64,000 bases of DNA from an uncultured Spirochaetota bacterium (GTDB lineage Bacteria; Spirochaetota; Brevinematia; Brevinematales; JAOACQ01), in NCBI GenBank assembly GCA_963768055.1, contig CAVYGN010000001.1:128001-192000 (forward strand), read 5' to 3'. Under the pieces are notes generated by a model. The model saw only the letters and a list, made by a program, of their open reading frames with translations. It was not told the DNA's origin and did not search any database. Each line of letters opens with the position of its first letter. Position 1 is the first letter of the stretch. Both the position numbers and the translations under genes were made by a program. Of the stretch, positions 59,122 to 64,000 are shown piece after piece.

Positions 59122-60195
59122 ATGGTTAAAAATGAAAAACAGACGCTGGGCGAGTATCTTAAGGACGCCAGGAAAGAAAAAGGAATATCGATAGATGAGA
59201 TAGTAAGGGATACGAATATACCAAAAAAATATCTGGAAGCGATTGAATCGGATAATTTTGAATTATTTCCAGGTGAAACATACGCTATGGGATTTATCTC
59301 GAATTATGCCGAAGCCCTTGAAGTAGATCATGAACTGGCGATTGCGCTTTATAAGAGGCAGATGAAAATAGAACAGGAAGCCCCTATTGAGGAACTTGTC
59401 GGCAGAAAAAAAAACCCATGGATGGAAAACAGCAATATTATAATAAGCGTAGGCGCTGCGGCATTGCTGCTGATAATATTCGTGGTTTTTTTAATCAGCC
59501 GGCGGTCAGGCGATGAACCCGGATCGTCAAAATCTTTTTATTTCGCAATTGACGACCTTGGCAAGGTAAGCGCTCAGAAACTCAAGGCAGGAGATAGCCT
59601 CTTTATTACCAACTCGACCAGATCCATTGAAATGGACATCCTCAGGATCGATCCTTCGAGGTCTTTGATGTTCAGGGTTAGCAATAAAAACTACACTATT
59701 AAAATAAGTGAACTTCTCAGCATAGATTCCGCTAATGACGGCACCAACGATCTGGGAATAGAACTGATCAGTGCGAAACCCAGGGAAGCGAAAATGGCGT
59801 TGACCCTTCTTAAAGAAAATCCGGACCTGGGTGAACTCTCAAATAAAAGTGAACTGGTTTCCAGGTATAATGAATATATTGTATCTGAAAGCGAATTTAT
59901 GGTTTCCCAGGCAAAAAGCCCTGTTAATCTGAAGCTGATTTCCCAGGGATCCGGTTTTTTAAGCTATATACCGGATGGAAAGGATGAAAAGCAGATGAAT
60001 ATAAACAACAGCACGACTCTTACAATTTCGTTCACCAACAATCTTATTCTTTACCTTGGAAACAGCGGAGCAATAAGGATTTTGCTCGGCACCAAAGAGG
60101 AGGTCGGGGGAGGTTGGGGTGAAGTCGGTAAATCCCTTTTTTACTGGAAACCCAAAAACGGCCAGTTTACACTTGTAAGGGCTATTTTGAAATAA
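59122..60195 (+). CDS. RodZ-like HTH membrane protein
   Basis: LGEYLKDARKEKG, YLEAIESDNF..FPGETYAMGFISNYA, single TM, LYLGNSGA; upstream of rimO-pgsA. Confidence 0.8.
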   Translation: MVKNEKQTLGEYLKDARKEKGISIDEIVRDTNIPKKYLEAIESDNFELFPGETYAMGFISNYAEALEVDHELAIALYKRQMKIEQEAPIEELVGRKKNPWMENSNIIISVGAAALLLIIFVVFLISRRSGDEPGSSKSFYFAIDDLGKVSAQKLKAGDSLFITNSTRSIEMDILRIDPSRSLMFRVSNKNYTIKISELLSIDSANDGTNDLGIELISAKPREAKMALTLLKENPDLGELSNKSELVSRYNEYIVSESEFMVSQAKSPVNLKLISQGSGFLSYIPDGKDEKQMNINNSTTLTISFTNNLILYLGNSGAIRILLGTKEEVGGGWGEVGKSLFYWKPKNGQFTLVRAILK

Positions 60196-60207
60196 GGCCG
60201 AATATTA

Positions 60208-61542
60208 ATGAAAATATTTTTCGATGCTCTGGGATGTCCCAAAGCATTGGTTGACGCCGAAAAGATGTGTTACCTCCTCGAGGAAAACTCTAACACTGTG
60301 GTCTCAAATCCGGAAGAAGCAGAAGCGATCGTGATAAATACATGCGGTTTTATCAAAAAGGCAAAAGAAGAGAATTTAGAGGCTATACTGTCATACACTG
60401 AGATGAAAAAAAATAACCCCCGGCTTAAAATCATAGTTTCCGGATGCCTGTCGGAAAGGTATAAGCAGGACCTGCTGGATGCTATCCCGGAAATCGACGG
60501 GGCTATCGGTGTGAGAGACCCTTCAAAATTAATCGATGCATTGAACTATTCCGGTATAAAAGGCCGGCTTTTTGACGAAGGCCCCTATAATCAGGAGGCA
60601 ATCGGCGGACGAAAACTTTACTTTTCAGGTTTGCTGTATTCTTACATAAAAATTTCCGAAGGCTGCAACAGGTCCTGTTCATTCTGCGCCATACCGGGCA
60701 TACGAGGCCGTCAGAATAGCCGCAGTATTGAAGCGATAGTTAAAGAAGCCGCCGTACTGTCGGAAAATGGGATCAGGGAATTGATTATTATTTCAGAAGA
60801 CACCCTTTCTTACGGGATCGATCTTCATAATAAACCTTCTCTGATAGACCTGTTGAGGGAACTATTAAAACTTGATTTCCATTGGATAAGACTTATGTAT
60901 CTTTTCCCGGACAAAGAATTGGAAGAACTGGTGCAATTTATTTCTTCTGAAGAAAGGATCTGCAACTATATCGACATGCCTCTTCAGCATGTATCGGGAT
61001 CCATCCTAGCAAGAATGAAGAGGGCCGGCGGATATAATGAATATATGGGACTAACGAAAAGGATCCGTAAAGTGAACCGGGAAATAAGGATAAGGAGCTC
61101 TTTTATAACGGGATATCCGGGGGAGACGGACAAAGACCATGCCGAACTGAAAAAATTTCTTTACGAGGCATCTCTTGACAGGGTCGGCTTTTTCGAGTAT
61201 TCCGATGAGGAGAATACGGCATCTTATCTTGAAAAGCCCAAAATAAAATCCAAGGAGAAAAGGAAAAGGTTCGTCGAAGTTGCCGCCGTTCAGGAAGCCG
61301 TTTCTCTTCAAAGGCTGAAGTCGCTTACCGGCAGGGAAATCAATTGTATAAATGATGGAAACATTATTGAGAAGGAAGGAAAAAGCTATCTTTTGCTCCG
61401 GAGCGAGTATGACGCGCCCGATATTGACGGACACATAAGGGTTGAAATAGATAGCCCCGGTATGATTGAAAGAGATTTTATCCGTGTTCGCATAATGGAG
61501 CCTTTTTCATCACATGACCTTACCGCCGAAGCTCTCTCTTGA
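60208..61542 (+). CDS. rimO: Ribosomal protein S12 methylthiotransferase
   Basis: LGCPKALVDAE, INTCGFI, SGCLSERY, EGCNRSCSFC, DAPDIDG. Confidence 0.96.
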   Translation: MKIFFDALGCPKALVDAEKMCYLLEENSNTVVSNPEEAEAIVINTCGFIKKAKEENLEAILSYTEMKKNNPRLKIIVSGCLSERYKQDLLDAIPEIDGAIGVRDPSKLIDALNYSGIKGRLFDEGPYNQEAIGGRKLYFSGLLYSYIKISEGCNRSCSFCAIPGIRGRQNSRSIEAIVKEAAVLSENGIRELIIISEDTLSYGIDLHNKPSLIDLLRELLKLDFHWIRLMYLFPDKELEELVQFISSEERICNYIDMPLQHVSGSILARMKRAGGYNEYMGLTKRIRKVNREIRIRSSFITGYPGETDKDHAELKKFLYEASLDRVGFFEYSDEENTASYLEKPKIKSKEKRKRFVEVAAVQEAVSLQRLKSLTGREINCINDGNIIEKEGKSYLLLRSEYDAPDIDGHIRVEIDSPGMIERDFIRVRIMEPFSSHDLTAEALS

Positions 61543-61594
61543 AATATTTTACAAAAAAGCATAAATTTATTATTATTAGAAATAAAGCCCGAAC

Positions 61595-62239
61595 ATGGGG
61601 ATATTGATGAAATTCACCCTTACGCTTCCAAATTTATTGACGATATTCAGGCTGATGCTTGTTCCGCTTATATTGTATTTTATTATTTTCGATTCTGTCT
61701 TGAACATATGTCTCGCTCTGATTATTTACTCCTTATCGGCGCTGACCGATTATTTTGACGGAAAACTTGCCAGAAGGCTTAATCAAAAGTCCGAATTCGG
61801 GGAGTATTTCGATCCGCTTGCGGATAAAATCCTGGTCTGGAGCGTTTTTACAGTCCTGAGTTTTAAGACGGGCCTGTTCATCCCTCTCTGGCTCATCGTC
61901 TTTTTATATGCAAGGGACTTTTACGTTACCTGGCTCAGGTCGTACTCCAGAAAAAAAAATATTTCATTCAAAACATCAATGGTAGCAAAGGCGAAAACGA
62001 TGGTGCAGATGGTCGTTGCAGCCGCAATAATCGGCTATCTTTTTCTAACCCTTGTATTAAAAGACTATCTGAAATTAAGCATCAGCGATTATACAGGGAT
62101 ATGGAAGGCCGCTCTTCCCGGATTTTACAGTTACATTGTCTATATTCCTCTTATTTTGACTTTTTTAACTGTGATTTTTACCATTTACACCGCATTCGAT
62201 TATTACAGAAGTTTTAAAAGGTCTTTAAAAAATGGATAA
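61595..62239 (+). CDS. pgsA: CDP-diacylglycerol--glycerol-3-phosphate phosphatidyltransferase
   Basis: LPNLLTIFR, TDYFDGKLARR..FG..FDPLADK, AKAKTMVQ. Confidence 0.92.
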   Translation: MGILMKFTLTLPNLLTIFRLMLVPLILYFIIFDSVLNICLALIIYSLSALTDYFDGKLARRLNQKSEFGEYFDPLADKILVWSVFTVLSFKTGLFIPLWLIVFLYARDFYVTWLRSYSRKKNISFKTSMVAKAKTMVQMVVAAAIIGYLFLTLVLKDYLKLSISDYTGIWKAALPGFYSYIVYIPLILTFLTVIFTIYTAFDYYRSFKRSLKNG

Positions 62240-62720
62240 ATCTTTAGGCAAAAAACTGAAGGAAATGATCGCTACAAGTTTTTTTGTGGGCTATTCTCCA
62301 TTTATGCCCGGAACTATGGGAACCCTTGTCGGAGCCGCGCTTTATGTTTTTTTAAGCTCTTTTACCATATATTATTACGTATCGATAGCGGTGCTTCTTG
62401 TTGTGGCTGTATGGGTCAGCGATTATGCGGAAAAACATATATTCAAAATGAAGGATGCGCCTCATATAGTTATCGATGAAACTGTAGGTTTTTTAATAGC
62501 AATGACATCATTTCCCTTTGACAGGTCCCTTAACAGTATAAAATATCTTGTTGTAGGATTTATTCTTTTCCGGGTCTTCGATATTTTAAAACCTTATCCT
62601 ATCAAGGACTCTCAAAAGATAGAGGGGGGATTCGGAGTCGTCATCGACGATGTTCTTGCCGCGGTTTATACAAATCTGTTTTTGCAATTCCTGAGGATCT
62701 TACACTTTTTTACCCTGTGA
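62232..62720 (+). CDS. pgpA: Phosphatidylglycerophosphatase A
   Basis: PGTMGTL, IVIDETVG, LFRVFDILKPYPI, GGFGVVIDDVLA. Confidence 0.93.
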   Translation: MDKSLGKKLKEMIATSFFVGYSPFMPGTMGTLVGAALYVFLSSFTIYYYVSIAVLLVVAVWVSDYAEKHIFKMKDAPHIVIDETVGFLIAMTSFPFDRSLNSIKYLVVGFILFRVFDILKPYPIKDSQKIEGGFGVVIDDVLAAVYTNLFLQFLRILHFFTL

Positions 62721-62745
62721 CTTTTGTTAAGTTGAGGGAATAGTT

Positions 62746-63462
62746 ATGCATTTACGTTCTATCACATTTAATCATGAGAAATATCCTGCAGAGGATGTCT
62801 ACCCATTTTCACTTGAAATAATTAAAAAAACTTCCGAAATAACATTTCACAGTCCTGTGGTTTTTTTTATTGGGGAGAACGGATGCGGCAAATCAACAGT
62901 ACTGAAAGCAATTGCCCGAAAATGCTCGATTCATCTCTGGAAGGACGAAGGGCGGCGAACCGTTAATCATAATAAATACGCCGAACTGCTTTACCGATAT
63001 ATGGAGGCTGAATGGGTTCTCGATAAAGTGCCGGGTTCTTTTTTCTCATCTGAATATTTCCGTTATTTTGCGGAGTATCTGGATGATTGGGCTGCCGCAG
63101 ACTCCGGGATGCTGAAATATTTCGGCGGTTCGTCCCTGCTTGAAAAATCGCATGGACAGGGTAATATGGCGTATTTTAAAAGCCGTTATGCATTAAAAGG
63201 GTTGTATCTACTTGATGAACCGGAAAATGCGTTATCGCCGGTCAAACAGATCGAATTATTACGCATTATTAATGCAGCTGTTCTTACCGGGAAAGCACAA
63301 TTTATAATTGCCTCTCATTCGCCAATTCTGCTTGCCCTTCCCGGCGCTGAAATATTCAGTTTTGACCATATACCGGTAAGGACTGTCGGGTACAAGGAGA
63401 CTGAACATTACAGGGTATATCACAGTTTTATTAATAACCCCGAAGGATGCCTCAATACCTGA
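62746..63462 (+). CDS. ABC-type/AAA family ATPase of unknown function
   Basis: GENGCGKST, SHGQG, LLDEPENALSP, IASHSPILL. Confidence 0.85.
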   Translation: MHLRSITFNHEKYPAEDVYPFSLEIIKKTSEITFHSPVVFFIGENGCGKSTVLKAIARKCSIHLWKDEGRRTVNHNKYAELLYRYMEAEWVLDKVPGSFFSSEYFRYFAEYLDDWAAADSGMLKYFGGSSLLEKSHGQGNMAYFKSRYALKGLYLLDEPENALSPVKQIELLRIINAAVLTGKAQFIIASHSPILLALPGAEIFSFDHIPVRTVGYKETEHYRVYHSFINNPEGCLNT

Positions 63463-63533
63463 AGAATCTTATTTGCCATTTTCCCCTGTTTTATTTAAAA
63501 TATCCAGTCTGGAATTTTTTGCAAGGAGTCTAT

Positions 63534-64000
63534 ATGTACAGGCCTGAAATCAAAGTTTTAGACTGCTCGATCAGAGACGGCGGGTTAATAAATAAATGGC
63601 AGTTCAGCGACGAATTTGTCAGGGACACAGTAAAAAACGTTTCGGAATCCGGTGTGGATTACATGGAAATAGGTTATAAGGCCTCCAAGGATAAATTCGA
63701 TCCAAAGGAGTTTGGAAAATGGCGTTTCTGCGACGATGAAGACGTAAAAAGGCTGATCGACGGATTGGAATTAAACACGAAACTGGCATGCATGGTGGAC
63801 ATTGGAAGGGTTGAAGAAAAGGATATTCTTCCGAAAAGCGAGTCTCCATTTGACATGATAAGGGTGGCATGCTACGCAAAGGATACAGACAAGGCGATAG
63901 ATCTTTGCAATCTCATCATGAGCAAGGGTTATCAAACAACCGTCAATATTATGGCCATATCTACAAACCTTGAAAGAGAAATTGACGAAGCGCTTAACGA
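63534..64000 (+). CDS. DRE-TIM metallolyase / aldolase-like protein (runs off the right edge)
   Basis: AAGGAG RBS; MYRPEIKVLDCSIRDGGLINKWQFSDEFV...GVDYMEIGYK. Confidence 0.85.
   Translation, partial: MYRPEIKVLDCSIRDGGLINKWQFSDEFVRDTVKNVSESGVDYMEIGYKASKDKFDPKEFGKWRFCDDEDVKRLIDGLELNTKLACMVDIGRVEEKDILPKSESPFDMIRVACYAKDTDKAIDLCNLIMSKGYQTTVNIMAISTNLEREIDEALN

Overview
A bacterial chromosomal window with standard genetic code and moderate GC. Spirochaete-like lipoproteins, a sugar-binding/GGDEF fusion and rodZ-rimO-pgsA-pgpA hint at a spirochaete, but that is inference. It holds housekeeping genes (purL, argD, proC, yggT, plsC, tex, rfbA, rimO, pgsA, pgpA), a signalling cluster (two histidine kinases, PIN-PhoH, a frameshifted alarmone-hydrolase-like fusion, a diguanylate cyclase), and a minus-strand sugar locus (xylB, GH3, ABC importer, an unassigned GH-like protein). 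It also has an ECF sigma/vWA pair, two further diguanylate cyclases and a decayed AT-rich island at about 52.9-57.3 kb (stand-alone class III cyclase, IS3-split membrane protein gene, excisionase pseudogene). Best leads: (1) a GGGC...GCCC MITE with 4-bp target duplications, into which a 17-nt hairpin unit has inserted repeatedly; (2) an uncalled 57-aa RHH-like gene plus a 79-aa HTH gene behind a consensus promoter overlaid by four 15-bp repeats; (3) an exonuclease-like/Mesh1-like HD fusion broken at a G6 run. No rRNA, tRNA or CRISPR array was recognised.
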